DNA from: Mycobacteriales bacterium
Lineage (GTDB): Bacteria; Actinomycetota; Actinomycetes; Mycobacteriales; SCTD01
Reading direction: 5' to 3'
NCBI GenBank assembly: GCA_046593925.1
Contig: JBKJQN010000097.1
Span: 6,273 to 70,272, forward strand
DNA: 64,000 nucleotides
The position numbers were made by a program, and so were the translations under genes. Positions 38,897 through 48,153 of the stretch are shown here, piece after piece; positions within the stretch are counted from its first letter, which is position 1, and every line of letters begins with the position of its first letter. The notes under the pieces were generated by a model. It was given only the letters and a program-made list of their open reading frames with translations, made no database searches and had not been told where the DNA came from.

Positions 38897-39041
38897 GAGG
38901 TACTAATGCACGGTCTTGCTCAAGACCGCGGTCGTGCGAGACATCTGGGTCGTGCCGTGCGCCCTGATGACGTGGACGGTCATGTGGGCTGGCTCATCGA
39001 GTGCTGCTCAAGGCGGTGCCTGCTCTCGTCGGGCTGGTCTG

Positions 39042-39329
39042 TCAGGTGCCGTGCCGATCTTGCTGGTGCAGCGTCACGTGCTCCCGAACCGCGGTGACCT
39101 CGAGCGGTCCCGCCAAGCGTAGGGCTCGGGGGAACGCCCGCCGCTTGTCGGCGAGGGCGACGCACCGCGGGTCGAGGTGCACGGATGCGCCCCGCCCCGG
39201 CAGGCGCCCGGCCGGGTCGGCGACGAGGTCGTCACCGACCGCGACGACACGCAGCAGGGTGGCCTTTGCCGCCTTCACCCGGCAGCCCACACAGGTGCGC
39301 TCCGGGCCCGGGAGGCGGGCCATTTCCAA
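39042..39329 (-). CDS. ylxR: YlxR family (DUF448) RNA-binding protein
   Basis: PERTCVGCRVKAAKATLLR...GRGASVH motif. Located between nusA and infB. Confidence 0.85.
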   Translation of the reverse strand: MEMARLPGPERTCVGCRVKAAKATLLRVVAVGDDLVADPAGRLPGRGASVHLDPRCVALADKRRAFPRALRLAGPLEVTAVREHVTLHQQDRHGT

Positions 39330-39376
39330 GTCTAGCGCTCCGGGGCCGCGGGGGCGGGCCGGCTGCGAACGGCGGG

Positions 39377-40396
39377 CTACGGCGCGTCCCCCGACGACGG
39401 CGGGGCGGCGTCGCTGCGGATGTCGATGCGCCAGCCCGTGAGCCGCGCAGCCAGCCGGGCGTTCTGCCCCTCCTTGCCGATCGCCAGCGAGAGCTGGTAG
39501 TCCGGTACGACGACCCGCGCGGAGCGCATGACCGCGTCGACGACCTGCACGCTCGACACCCGGGCCGGCGAGAGCGCGTTACCGACGAAGCGCGCCGGGT
39601 CGGGTGACCAGTCGACGATGTCGATCTTCTCGCCGTGCAGCTCCGCGGTGACGGCGCGCACCCGCGAGCCGACCGGTCCGATGCAGGCGCCCTTGGCTCC
39701 CAGTCCCTGCACGGTGGACCTGACGGCGATCTTGGTCCGGTGGCCGGCCTCGCGCGCGAGGGCGACGATCTCCACGGAGCCGTCGGCCACCTCGGGCACC
39801 TCCTGCGCGAACAACCCTCGTACCAGGTCGGGATGGGTGCGCGACACGGTGATCGAGGCGCCGCGCTGACCACGGGCCACCGAGACGACCCGGCACTTCA
39901 GCCGCGACCCGTGCTCGTAGACCTCGCCCGGCACCTGCTCGGCGGGCGGCAGGACGGCCTCGAGGGCGTCCTCTGCCTGCCCGAGCTTGACCATCACATT
40001 GCGGTTGGGCGGGGCCCCGGGCCGCTGGCCGGCCTGCTGGACGATGCCCGACACGACGTCGCCCTCGCGGCCAGACCATTCGTCGTGGCTCAGCTCGCTC
40101 TCCGCCTCGCGCAGCCGCTGCAGGATCACCTGGCGGGCGGTGCTGGTGGCGATCCGCCCGAAGCCGTCCGGCGTGTCATCCCATTCCCGCGCGACCGCGC
40201 CGTCCTCGGCGAGCTCCTGGGCCAGCACCCGGGCGTCGCCGCTGCCGCGGTCCAGCTCGACGCGGGCATGCGCCTGTGATCCCTCCGTGTGCCGGTACGC
40301 CGTCAGCAGCGCCGACTCGATGGCCTGGCAGACCAGGTCGAACGAGATGTCCTTCTCGCGCTCGAGCCCCCGCAGCGCCGCCATGTCGATCTTCAC
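39377..40396 (-). CDS. nusA: Transcription termination/antitermination factor NusA
   Basis: [31 protein letters not shown]1 and two KH domains ([36 protein letters not shown]). Confidence 0.95.
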   Translation of the reverse strand: MKIDMAALRGLEREKDISFDLVCQAIESALLTAYRHTEGSQAHARVELDRGSGDARVLAQELAEDGAVAREWDDTPDGFGRIATSTARQVILQRLREAESELSHDEWSGREGDVVSGIVQQAGQRPGAPPNRNVMVKLGQAEDALEAVLPPAEQVPGEVYEHGSRLKCRVVSVARGQRGASITVSRTHPDLVRGLFAQEVPEVADGSVEIVALAREAGHRTKIAVRSTVQGLGAKGACIGPVGSRVRAVTAELHGEKIDIVDWSPDPARFVGNALSPARVSSVQVVDAVMRSARVVVPDYQLSLAIGKEGQNARLAARLTGWRIDIRSDAAPPSSGDAP

Positions 40397-40914
40397 GCGT
40401 CCGCCTCGTCGTGGTGCTCGGCGAGCTCGTCGTCCAGGGTGCCCTCCTGGAGCCCGCCGTCCGTACGCGTGAACTCCACCTGCACCTGGCCGCGGACGAC
40501 CTCCCCGAACAGCAGGCGGCGCTCGTCGAGCTGCAGGCCGGTGTCGTCGGCCGCGGTCAGCCGCCCGGTCACGGTGCTGCCGGCGGCGAGGTGGGCGGTG
40601 ACCAGCCGGCCGACGTTTCGTCGCCAGTGCCGCGGCACGGTCAGCGGCCGATCGACACCGGGCGAGCTGACCTCCAGCACGTAGGCCCCGCCGAGCAGGG
40701 CAGGCTCGCGGGCATCGATGTCGTCCAGGGCGTCGGACACCGCACGGCTGACGTCAGCGACGTCGTCCAGGGTGGTGCCGCCGTCCTTGTCGACGAGCAT
40801 CCGCACGACCCGTCTGCGACCGGCGGGGGTGACGTCGAGTCCTTCGAGGTCGTGGCCGGTGCCGGCGACGACCGGGCCGAGCAGCTGGGACAGGCGGGGG
40901 ACGACCGCGACCAT
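40393..40914 (-). CDS. rimP: Ribosome maturation factor RimP
   Basis: Start reset to ATG 40914 (AGGAGG upstream): [42 protein letters not shown]...[14 protein letters not shown]. Confidence 0.9.
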   Translation of the reverse strand: MVAVVPRLSQLLGPVVAGTGHDLEGLDVTPAGRRRVVRMLVDKDGGTTLDDVADVSRAVSDALDDIDAREPALLGGAYVLEVSSPGVDRPLTVPRHWRRNVGRLVTAHLAAGSTVTGRLTAADDTGLQLDERRLLFGEVVRGQVQVEFTRTDGGLQEGTLDDELAEHHDEADA

Positions 40915-40937
40915 GAAGCCCTCCTGCCTGTGTGGTT

Positions 40938-40982
40938 GTGCGTGCGGTGCGCCCTGTGTAGTGGTGCGTGCGTGGCGCCCTG
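40938..40982. repeat. Two 19-bp direct repeats (GTGCGTGCGGTGCGCCCTG / GTGCGTGCGTGGCGCCCTG) in the rimP-nusA-infB upstream region
   Basis: Copies at 40938-40956 and 40964-40982 (2 mismatches, 7-nt spacer), plus a partial third TGTGCGTGG at about 40988. They lie 24-68 nt upstream of the rimP ATG. Confidence 0.85.
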
Positions 40983-41046
40983 AGTGTTGTGCGTGGCAAA
41001 AGCGTACCGGGGCGCTGTGGTTCCCTGCCCGTGGTTGCCTGACCTT

Positions 41047-41508
41047 GTGGACACGCCCGGGCCCCGCCGCCGGGCGGTTCTGCTCGCCGGCCTGGTCCTC
41101 CCGCTCGCGGCCTGCACCCGCGCCGCCGCCCCCGCGCCGCGGCCGGCGGATCCGGAAGTCGAGCTGCGGTCCGCGGCTGTGGACCGCGAGGTGGCGCTGC
41201 TGTCGATGTACGGCCAGGCCCTGGTTGCCGCCTCGGCGGCCCGAGCGCCCGGCCTCGCCACACTGCGTGGCGAGCACGCGGACCACCTGGCTGCGCTCGG
41301 CGGCGCGTCACCTGCGCCGAGTGCCCACGCCACGCCGTCAACTGCGCTGTCGCCCACCACTGCCGACCTGCTCGCGGCCGAGGCGGCCGCCGCCGCCGCC
41401 CACGCCGCGGGGGTGTCACCGGCTTCCCGCACCCTCGCCGCGCTGCTCGCGACGCTGTCCGCAGCCGAGGCCGCCCACGCGGTGGCCCTGCCCGTCCTGC
41501 CGGCCTGA
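41047..41508 (+). CDS. Ala-rich putative lipoprotein (Tat-like RRR motif plus LAAC lipobox), ferritin-like/DUF4439-related
   Basis: VDTPGPRRRAVLLAGLVLPLAAC..., then DREVALLSMYG...LRGEHADHLAAL. Start GTG 41047 chosen inside track ORF 40984..41508. Positioned like the Mtb Rv2843/Rv2844 pair. Confidence 0.55.
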   Translation: MDTPGPRRRAVLLAGLVLPLAACTRAAAPAPRPADPEVELRSAAVDREVALLSMYGQALVAASAARAPGLATLRGEHADHLAALGGASPAPSAHATPSTALSPTTADLLAAEAAAAAAHAAGVSPASRTLAALLATLSAAEAAHAVALPVLPA

Positions 41509-41533
41509 TGAGCCGGGGACGCGAAGGGCGCCC

Positions 41534-41965
41534 GTGAGCGAGGTGGAGCTGCTGCAGACGCTGTTGGCCGCCGAGCACGCGGCGGTCTACGGGTACGGCG
41601 TACTCGGCGCCCGGCTGGCCGACGCCGCGCGCGAGCTGGCCCAGCAGGCCGACGACGCGCACCGCGCCCGGCGCGACGCCCTCGCCGAGCTGCTGCGGAC
41701 CCGCGGCGCGGCGGTGCCCGTCACGATGGCGGCGTACGACGTCGCGGTGGCGGGCACCCCCGAGGCGCTCGCGCTTGCCGTCCGCCTGGAGGAAGGCCTC
41801 GCGGTGCGCTGGCGCGACCTCGTCGGCGGCACCGACGACGCGGCGCTGCGCAGCCTGGGGCTCAGCGGTCTGACCGAGGCGGCCGTACGCGCCGCCCGGT
41901 GGCGCCTTGCCGGCGGGTTGCGACCAGGGACGGTGGCGCTGCCCGGCGTCGTCAGGACGGACTAG
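41534..41965 (+). CDS. Ferritin-like (DUF4439) domain protein
   Basis: VSEVELLQTLLAAEHAAVYGYGVLGARL...AHRARRDAL...LEEGLAVRWRDLV. GTG 41534 inside track ORF 40718..41965. Confidence 0.65.
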   Translation: MSEVELLQTLLAAEHAAVYGYGVLGARLADAARELAQQADDAHRARRDALAELLRTRGAAVPVTMAAYDVAVAGTPEALALAVRLEEGLAVRWRDLVGGTDDAALRSLGLSGLTEAAVRAARWRLAGGLRPGTVALPGVVRTD

Positions 41966-42013
41966 TCCGCCTGGGCCATCGAGCGGCTGCGGAGGCGCCC
42001 CGAGGACAGGGGC

Positions 42014-42145
42014 ATGTCTCCCGCCGCCCACACCCCCACCCCCCGCCCGTCGTCGGACCGCGCGCTGCAGCGCTGGCTCGACCCGACCGAGCTCGAGCGC
42101 CGCCTCGAGGCCCACCTGCTGATCGCGCGAAAGGTGAGCGCCTAG
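42014..42145 (+). CDS. Small hypothetical protein (43 aa), below the ORF-track size cut-off
   Basis: ATG 42014 (GAGGA 9 nt upstream) to TAG 42143-45: MSPAAHTPTPRPSSDRALQRWLDPTELERRLEAHLLIARKVSA. 40 of the 42 codons after the ATG end in G/C. Its stop shares the CTAG palindrome with the convergent HAD gene stop. Confidence 0.45.
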   Translation: MSPAAHTPTPRPSSDRALQRWLDPTELERRLEAHLLIARKVSA

Positions 42146-42831
42146 CGCCACGCGTCGACGACGTCGAGCAGCCCGGCGAGCCCGGTCAGCGTGGCGTCCG
42201 CCACGACGTCGAACCCGTCAACCGGGCGGCCGCTCAGCAGGACCGCCCGCAAGCCGGAGCGCTGCGCGCCCCACACGTCGTCTCGTGGCCGATCGCCGAC
42301 GAAGACCGCCTCGTCGGCGGGTACGCCGACCGCTTCGAGCAGCGCACCGAACGCCGCCGGGTGGGGCTTCATGTGTGCCAGCTCGCAGGTGTAGAGCCGT
42401 GCGTCGAGCAGCTCGAGCAGCCCCGCCTCGTCGAGCCAGCGCTCGTGCAGCGCCCTCGGCCAGTGCGTGTTGGACAGCAGCCCGGTGCGCAGCCCCCGCT
42501 CCCGAAGTCCGGTGAGCACACCTGCGGCAGCGGGGTCGTGCGCGACGGTCGCCTCCCACGCGTCGTGATACGCCAGAAGCGCCCCCGCGACGTCGAGGTG
42601 GGTCTGCGCGGCGACCGAGCGCACCAGCTCCTCGGTCGTGCCGCTCGAGTCACCGTGCCGGGTGCTCACGGCCCACCAGCGCTGCTCGGCGTCGAGCAGC
42701 GCCTGCGCGACGGGCTCCGGGTCGCCCGGCGACAGCACCAGCGCCGCAGCCCGCCACATCTCAAGCAGGTCGACCTCGCGGTGCTCCGACAGCGTGCCGC
42801 CCCAGTCGAACAGCACCGCTCGCACTGTCAT
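42142..42831 (-). CDS. HAD-IA family hydrolase
   Basis: Motif I VLFDWGGTL, motif III/IV FVGDRPRDDVWGAQ. Confidence 0.85.
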   Translation of the reverse strand: MTVRAVLFDWGGTLSEHREVDLLEMWRAAALVLSPGDPEPVAQALLDAEQRWWAVSTRHGDSSGTTEELVRSVAAQTHLDVAGALLAYHDAWEATVAHDPAAAGVLTGLRERGLRTGLLSNTHWPRALHERWLDEAGLLELLDARLYTCELAHMKPHPAAFGALLEAVGVPADEAVFVGDRPRDDVWGAQRSGLRAVLLSGRPVDGFDVVADATLTGLAGLLDVVDAWR

Positions 42832-42841
42832 CGGCGCACTG

Positions 42842-43315
42842 TCATGGGCGGGCGATGTCGGCGACCACGGCGGCGGTCAGCCGCAGCAGGTCGGCGGGCG
42901 CGAGCTCAACCGACAGCCCTCTGCGGCCGGCGGACACCAGGACGGTGGCGTAGAGCTCGGCAGTCTCGTCGACAGCCGTCCGCAGCACTGCCCGTTGACC
43001 GAGCGGGCTGATACCCCCGACCACGTAGCCGGAGGACCGTTCGGCGCGGGCCGGGTCGGCCATCGCGGCCCGCTTGCCAGCCAACGCCGTGGCGAGCGCT
43101 TTCAGGTCCAGCGAACCGGCCACCGGCACCACCGCGCAGACGAGCTCGCCGTCGAGGTCGGCGAGCAGCGTCTTGAGCATCCGCTCCGGCTCGACCCCGA
43201 GGGCCCGCGCGCCCGCCTCGCCGTACCGCCCGCCGGGCGCGCTGTCGTACCCGTGGACGGTGTGGGCGACGCCCGCGCGCTCGAGCCGGCGCAGCGCGGG
43301 TGTGCCGCCGGTCAG
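42842..43315 (-). CDS. ybaK: Cys-tRNA(Pro)/Cys-tRNA(Cys) deacylase YbaK
   Basis: Collinear with E. coli YbaK from [20 protein letters not shown] to [12 protein letters not shown]...[17 protein letters not shown]. The only plausible initiation point is CTG 43315-43313, which overlaps the proS TGA (CTGA) and gives 157 aa. No ATG/GTG/TTG lies in frame nearby. Confidence 0.8.
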   Translation of the reverse strand: MTGGTPALRRLERAGVAHTVHGYDSAPGGRYGEAGARALGVEPERMLKTLLADLDGELVCAVVPVAGSLDLKALATALAGKRAAMADPARAERSSGYVVGGISPLGQRAVLRTAVDETAELYATVLVSAGRRGLSVELAPADLLRLTAAVVADIARP

Positions 43316-45060
43316 CCGACCGCTCCAGCCGGTCGGCCCGCACGTACCTCGTCGGCGACAGCCAGCACGGCCTCCTCGACCGCGACCGTACGGCTGGTGC
43401 CGGCCCGCCGGTCGCGCAGCTCGACGAGCCCATCGGCGAGCGACTTGCCGACGACCAGCACGCTGGGTACGCCCAGCAGCTCGGCGTCCTTGAAGGCCAC
43501 CCCCGGCGAGCCGCCGCGGTCGTCGAGCAGCACCACGAGGCCCTGCTCTTCCAGCTCGCGGGCCAGCCGCTCGGCAACCTGGCTTTGCTCGCCCTTGCCG
43601 ACGGCGACGACATGCACATCGGCGGGCGCGACACCGCGCGGCCACACCAGGCCCTTCTCGTCATGCGACTGCTCAGCGATCGCGGCGACCGCGCGCGACA
43701 CCCCGACGCCGTACGAGCCCATCGTCACGCGCACCGGCTTGCCCTCGCGGCCGAGGACGTCGAGCCCGAAGGCGTCGGCGTACTTACGACCGAGCTGGAA
43801 GATGTGGCCGATCTCGATGCCCCGGCCGATGGTCAGCGGCGATCCGCAGCGTGGGCACAGGTCGCCGTCGCGCACCTCCACCGCCGGTAGGACGCCGGAC
43901 GGCTCGAAGTCGCGCCCCAGCACGACGTTCAGCGCATGCCGGCCGTGCTCGTTGGCGCCGGTGACCCAGGAGGAGCCGCGCACCACGAGCGGGTCGACGA
44001 CGTACCGCAGCCCGGCCGGCAGGCCGCCTGAGACTCCCGGGGGCCCGATGTAGCCCTTGACCAGGCCGGGGACGGCGTCGACGTCGGCGGGCAGCACCTC
44101 GGCGGGCCCGACGTTGGCCTCGAGGCGCTTGAGGTCCACCTCGCGGTCGCCGGGCACCCCGACCACCAGCAACTGCGTGCTGCCGTCCGGATGCCGAAGC
44201 GTGACGACGACGTTCTTGAGCGTCTGCGAGGCGTCGATGTCGTGGCCGAGCCCGCGTACGACGTCGACCAGCGTGGCGATGGTCGGGGTGTCGGGGGTGT
44301 CGATCACCTGTAGCGGGGGCTGCGCGAAGGGATCGGTCTCGGCCGGCCCCCGCACCTCGACGGCCTGGGTGTTGGCCGCGTAGTCGCAGGACGTGCACGA
44401 CACGAAGGTGTCCTCACCGGTCGGCGCCGGCGCCAGGAACTCCTCCGACGCGCTGCCACCCATCGCCCCGCTGACAGCCGCGACGATGCGGTAGTCCAGG
44501 CCGAGCCGCTGGAAGATGCGCTGGTAGGCGACCCGGTGGGCGTCGTAGGCGATCTGCAGACCCTCGTCCGAGACGTCGAAGGAGTAGCTGTCTTTCATGA
44601 GGAACTCGCGGCCGCGCAGCACGCCGGCGCGAGGCCGGGCCTCGTCGCGGTACTTGGTCTGTACCTGGTAGAGCACCAACGGCAGGTCCTTGTAGGAGCT
44701 GCACTGGCTCTTCACCAGTGTCGTGAACATCTCCTCGTGGGTCGGCGCGAGCAGATACTCGTTTCCCCTGCGGTCTTTCAGGCGGAACAGCAGATCGCCG
44801 TACTCGGTCCAGCGCCCGGACGTCTCGTAGTGCTCCCTGGGCAGCAGCGCGGGGAACAGCACCTCCTGAGCTCCGATCCGGTCCATCTCCGCACGGACGA
44901 CGGCAGCGACCCGGTTGAGCACCTTGAGCCCCAGCGGCAGCCAGCTGTAGATGCCGGGCGCGACCCGGCGGACGTAGCCGGCCCGCACGAGCAGCCGGTG
45001 GCTCGGGACCTCCGCGTCCACCGGGTCCTCACGCAGGGTCCGCAGGAACAGCGTGGACAT
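43312..45060 (-). CDS. proS: Proline--tRNA ligase (bacterial type with INS editing domain)
   Basis: [44 protein letters not shown]. Class II motifs are present, at 582 aa. Start reset to ATG 45060. Confidence 0.95.
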   Translation of the reverse strand: MSTLFLRTLREDPVDAEVPSHRLLVRAGYVRRVAPGIYSWLPLGLKVLNRVAAVVRAEMDRIGAQEVLFPALLPREHYETSGRWTEYGDLLFRLKDRRGNEYLLAPTHEEMFTTLVKSQCSSYKDLPLVLYQVQTKYRDEARPRAGVLRGREFLMKDSYSFDVSDEGLQIAYDAHRVAYQRIFQRLGLDYRIVAAVSGAMGGSASEEFLAPAPTGEDTFVSCTSCDYAANTQAVEVRGPAETDPFAQPPLQVIDTPDTPTIATLVDVVRGLGHDIDASQTLKNVVVTLRHPDGSTQLLVVGVPGDREVDLKRLEANVGPAEVLPADVDAVPGLVKGYIGPPGVSGGLPAGLRYVVDPLVVRGSSWVTGANEHGRHALNVVLGRDFEPSGVLPAVEVRDGDLCPRCGSPLTIGRGIEIGHIFQLGRKYADAFGLDVLGREGKPVRVTMGSYGVGVSRAVAAIAEQSHDEKGLVWPRGVAPADVHVVAVGKGEQSQVAERLARELEEQGLVVLLDDRGGSPGVAFKDAELLGVPSVLVVGKSLADGLVELRDRRAGTSRTVAVEEAVLAVADEVRAGRPAGAVG

Positions 45061-45145
45061 CCGGAGCACGGGCTCTCCTCGGGAGGGGTCGGGCCAGTCG
45101 CCGAGCGTAGCGGGCGGCGCACCTGCATTCCGTACGCTCGGTGCC

Positions 45146-45643
45146 GTGGCCGACCGATCTGGACCTCCTGACGACGACGGGACGCAGTACGTCGGCGGGC
45201 TCCCGCGCGCCGACCTGGTCGAACGGCTGGTCACACCGCGCTGGTACCACCCGGTGGGCGGCGCGGCGCTGGCGCTGCTGGTCGCGGCGTTCGCCACCCG
45301 CAGCCTTGTCGTGGTGGGGCCGGCCGCCGTGCTGTACCTCGTCACGCTGTTTGTCCTGCCGCGCACCTACCGGCGGGTCGTCGGCGTCTGGGTGGTCGGC
45401 GCTCCGCCGGAGGGCGCCCGGCGGATCGGCAGGTCGCTGGCCCGGACCTGCGCGGCCGCCGTGCTGGTGGGCCTGCTGTCGCTGGCAACCCCCGCACTGC
45501 GGCCGCTTGCCCTCATCGCCGCGGTGGTCGCGTACGCCGCCGTGCAGGTGCTCGGCCAGCGCTTCGACGAGGCACTGCGAGAAGGGCTGCGGCACGACCC
45601 CGAGGTCGGCTTCAAGATCGAGGAGCGGGTCCCGGAGGACTGA
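45146..45643 (+). CDS. Hypothetical membrane protein (3-4 TM helices)
   Basis: [33 protein letters not shown]...[34 protein letters not shown]. Start GTG 45146 chosen because the track start overlaps the proS start region. The start is uncertain. Confidence 0.55.
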   Translation: MADRSGPPDDDGTQYVGGLPRADLVERLVTPRWYHPVGGAALALLVAAFATRSLVVVGPAAVLYLVTLFVLPRTYRRVVGVWVVGAPPEGARRIGRSLARTCAAAVLVGLLSLATPALRPLALIAAVVAYAAVQVLGQRFDEALREGLRHDPEVGFKIEERVPED

Positions 45644-45662
45644 CCCGCTAGCGTCGCCGCCC

Positions 45663-46409
45663 GTGCTGGTGCTGCTCCCGCCGTCGGAGGGCAAGGCGGC
45701 CGGTGGCACGGGCCCGCCGCTCGACGTCGCCACCCTGTCGCGCCCCGCCCTCACGTCGGTCCGGGCCCGGCTCGTGGAGGCCCTCGTGACCGCCGCTACG
45801 TCGGATCCCACCAGGCTGCGGGCTGCCCTAGCTTGCTCGCCTTCGCAGGTGGCGGACGACGCGGCCCTGCTCAGCTCGCCGACGCTGCCCGCCCTCGCCC
45901 GCTACACCGGCGTCGTCTACGACAACCTGGGCTGGGCGACGCTGACCGGGCCGGCGCGGCGGCGGGCGGACGCCTCGTTGCTGGTGACCAGCGCACTGTT
46001 CGGGCTGCTGTCGCCACGCGACCGGGTGCCGGCCTACCGGCTGTCGGCAGCGACGTCGCTCCCCGGCGTCGGCCCGCTCGCCGCGCTGTGGCGGCCGGTC
46101 CTCGAACCCGAGCTGGCCACTGCCCGGGGGCTCGTCGTCGACCTGCGCTCGGGGGCGTACGCCGCCCTTGCCCGGGTCCCGTCGGCGGTGCAGGTGCGGG
46201 TGCTGCGGGACTCCGGTGGTCGCCGGACGACAGTCAGCCACGACAACAAGTGGACCAAAGGCCGGCTGGCCCGGGCGCTGTGCGAGTACGGGGCACGGAC
46301 GGCCCGTGAGGTTGCCGAGGTTGCCCGTGAGCTCTGCGACGACGTCGAGCTCGACGGCCTGCGGGTCGACCTGTTGCTGCACGGGCTGGCGAGCGCCCGC
46401 GGCGGCTGA
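45663..46409 (+). CDS. yaaA: YaaA (UPF0246/DUF328) peroxide-stress protein family
   Basis: VLVLLPPSEGK, YTGVVYDNL, LFGLLSPRDRVPAYRL, VVDLRSGAYAAL and HDNKWTKGRLARAL are collinear with E. coli YaaA motifs. GTG 45663. Confidence 0.8.
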   Translation: MLVLLPPSEGKAAGGTGPPLDVATLSRPALTSVRARLVEALVTAATSDPTRLRAALACSPSQVADDAALLSSPTLPALARYTGVVYDNLGWATLTGPARRRADASLLVTSALFGLLSPRDRVPAYRLSAATSLPGVGPLAALWRPVLEPELATARGLVVDLRSGAYAALARVPSAVQVRVLRDSGGRRTTVSHDNKWTKGRLARALCEYGARTAREVAEVARELCDDVELDGLRVDLLLHGLASARGG

Positions 46410-46459
46410 ACAGCTGCCGGCTGGCGCTCGTGAACAGGCTCCGGCTGGCTTGTGGCAGT

Positions 46460-46493
46460 TGTCCCCCGTCCCCGGCTGTCCCCCGTCACCGGC
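46460..46493. repeat. 17-bp tandem repeat (TGTCCCCCGTCCCCGGC / TGTCCCCCGTCACCGGC) abutting the HNH gene stop
   Basis: Copies at 46460-46476 and 46477-46493 with 1 mismatch, 2 nt from the stop at 46496. CCGGCTGGC is also repeated at about 46418 and 46441. Confidence 0.9.
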
Positions 46494-46495
46494 GC

Positions 46496-48016
46496 TCATC
46501 CATGTGGTCCGTCGGTCCAGCCGCCCGAATTGAGGTAGCGGCCGTCGCGTAGCCGGATGGTCTTACCGCCTTCGTGCAGGTCGTGGTGGGTGTGGTCGCA
46601 ACACGGGATGCTGTCGAGGTAGCTGGTGGTCCCGGTGCTGGCCCAGCTGTTCGGGTGGTGCGGGATCAGGGGGGTGCCTGGTGGGCTGGGGCAGCCGGCG
46701 CCGGCGCACCGGCCGCCCCATTGCACGTACAGGGCTTGTCGTTCGTGGGCTTTCAGCGTGCGCTGGCTGTGGCTGGTCTCGATGACCCGCCGCCCCAGGC
46801 TCAGCACCAGGCGGGTGAGCTGGCTGTCGCACAGCCACCGGCGGACCAGCGGGCCCGGGATCGACGCCCCGGACGCCCCGACCGCGACCGCCGCGCCGGG
46901 CTCATCGTCGAGGGTGGCGAGCGGCACGGTGATGAGCAGGTGCGGGACGGCTTTGCCGCGCGTCCCGAGCGCCCCGGAGTCCAGCAGCGCCGGCGCCCGA
47001 TGGCGAGCGCGTCGTGGTCCCGCTGGACCTTCGACCGCGGTGCCCGCGGCTGCTCGTCGGGGACAGCCTGACCGGCCGGGTCGCCGGCCGGGTCGCCGGC
47101 CCGTTCCTGCCGGGTCGCCTGCCCGTCCGATGCGGTCGAGGTCGGCGTTGTCGTGGCGGCGGCGAGTGGCCCAGGCGGCGGTGTCGACGGGGTTGTCCGG
47201 GTCGGTGGCCCGGGCCGCGGCCAGGACGGTGAACAGCAGCTCCCCGCATTCGGCGTCGAGGTGTCCGCGGCTGACGGTCCAGCCCGACCCGTCGTAGCTG
47301 CGGATCATCTTGAAGGCCCGTTGCTGATGGGCGGACTCGCACCGGTCGACCAGCTGCTGCGGGAGCAGCGCGTCGGTCAGCCGTTCCAGGACCTGGTCGA
47401 GCTGGCCGGGTTCGAGGCGTTCCGCCAACTCGAGCATGGCGAGCTCGAGCCGGCCGACCTGCGGCAGCGGCCGGTCGGCGATCGAGGTCAGCCGGGCGAT
47501 GAGCTCGGCCAGCTGCGGGTCGTCTGGGGCGTAGCCGCCGCGGGCCTCGGCCAGCATCGCCAGCACCCCGCTGGTGATCACGTTACGGACGGCCAGCTCG
47601 GCGGATGGGCCGTCGATCAGAGCGTCCGGCCGGTCGGTGTGCCGGCGGAGCCTGTCCAGGGCGGTCGCGACCTTCCCGGCCGACGGCAACGCCAACCGGC
47701 CGTCCGCGACCGCCGCCGCTAGCGCCGGCAGCCGGTCGAGCTTTTTCGCCAGCGCCACAAAGGACGCCGGCAGCCCGACCTGCTGGGCGGCCACCCAGCA
47801 CGACGTCGACGGGCTCCCGGCCAGGGTGTGCAGACCGCGGGTGTGCACATCGGCGACCCTGGCCAGCGACACCGCCGTCAGCTTCTCCAGCTCGGCCAGC
47901 ACCACCGCCGCCTCAACCAGCGCCTGCCCGCCGGGCAGCTGCACCGGGCACTGGGCGCGGACCGCCGCGACCCCGGCGACCAGCAGCTGCAGCGGACCGG
48001 ACAGCACCACCGCCAT
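46496..48016 (-). CDS. DUF222 / HNH endonuclease domain protein (REP13E12-like family)
   Basis: N-terminal DUF222-like region (LAELEKLTAVSLARVADVH...[19 protein letters not shown]). C-terminal HNH (CAGAGCPSPPGTPLIPHHPNSW...CCDHTHHDLHEGG). ATG 48016 with GGAGG upstream. Confidence 0.85.
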   Translation of the reverse strand: MAVVLSGPLQLLVAGVAAVRAQCPVQLPGGQALVEAAVVLAELEKLTAVSLARVADVHTRGLHTLAGSPSTSCWVAAQQVGLPASFVALAKKLDRLPALAAAVADGRLALPSAGKVATALDRLRRHTDRPDALIDGPSAELAVRNVITSGVLAMLAEARGGYAPDDPQLAELIARLTSIADRPLPQVGRLELAMLELAERLEPGQLDQVLERLTDALLPQQLVDRCESAHQQRAFKMIRSYDGSGWTVSRGHLDAECGELLFTVLAAARATDPDNPVDTAAWATRRRHDNADLDRIGRAGDPAGTGRRPGRRPGRSGCPRRAAAGTAVEGPAGPRRARHRAPALLDSGALGTRGKAVPHLLITVPLATLDDEPGAAVAVGASGASIPGPLVRRWLCDSQLTRLVLSLGRRVIETSHSQRTLKAHERQALYVQWGGRCAGAGCPSPPGTPLIPHHPNSWASTGTTSYLDSIPCCDHTHHDLHEGGKTIRLRDGRYLNSGGWTDGPHG

Positions 48017-48074
48017 ACCCGTCCACCTCCCCCACCTATATCGATCGCGTGTTCGAACAGTAGCGGTTTGGGAG

Positions 48075-48098
48075 GCGAAAACAAGCCCGTACGGGCTG
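48075..48098 (-). terminator. Candidate intrinsic terminator (AGCCCGTACGGGCT hairpin followed by TGTTTTCG on the minus strand)
   Basis: A perfect 14-nt palindrome at 48084-48097 is followed on the minus strand by a T-rich run (plus-strand gaaaaca at 48077-83). It lies downstream of the IS remnant in the locally AT-richer spacer. Confidence 0.5.
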
Positions 48099-48153
48099 CT
48101 CAAGGAGGAGATCAGACCTGTGGACAACGCAAGAGAGATGTCGGAAACAGATG

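Noticed and set aside
47072-47100. 12-bp repeat (GGCCGGGTCGCC x2.3) inside the HNH gene, giving [10 protein letters not shown]
   Set aside because: It is short, GC-rich low-complexity sequence within an intact ORF and indistinguishable from compositional noise.
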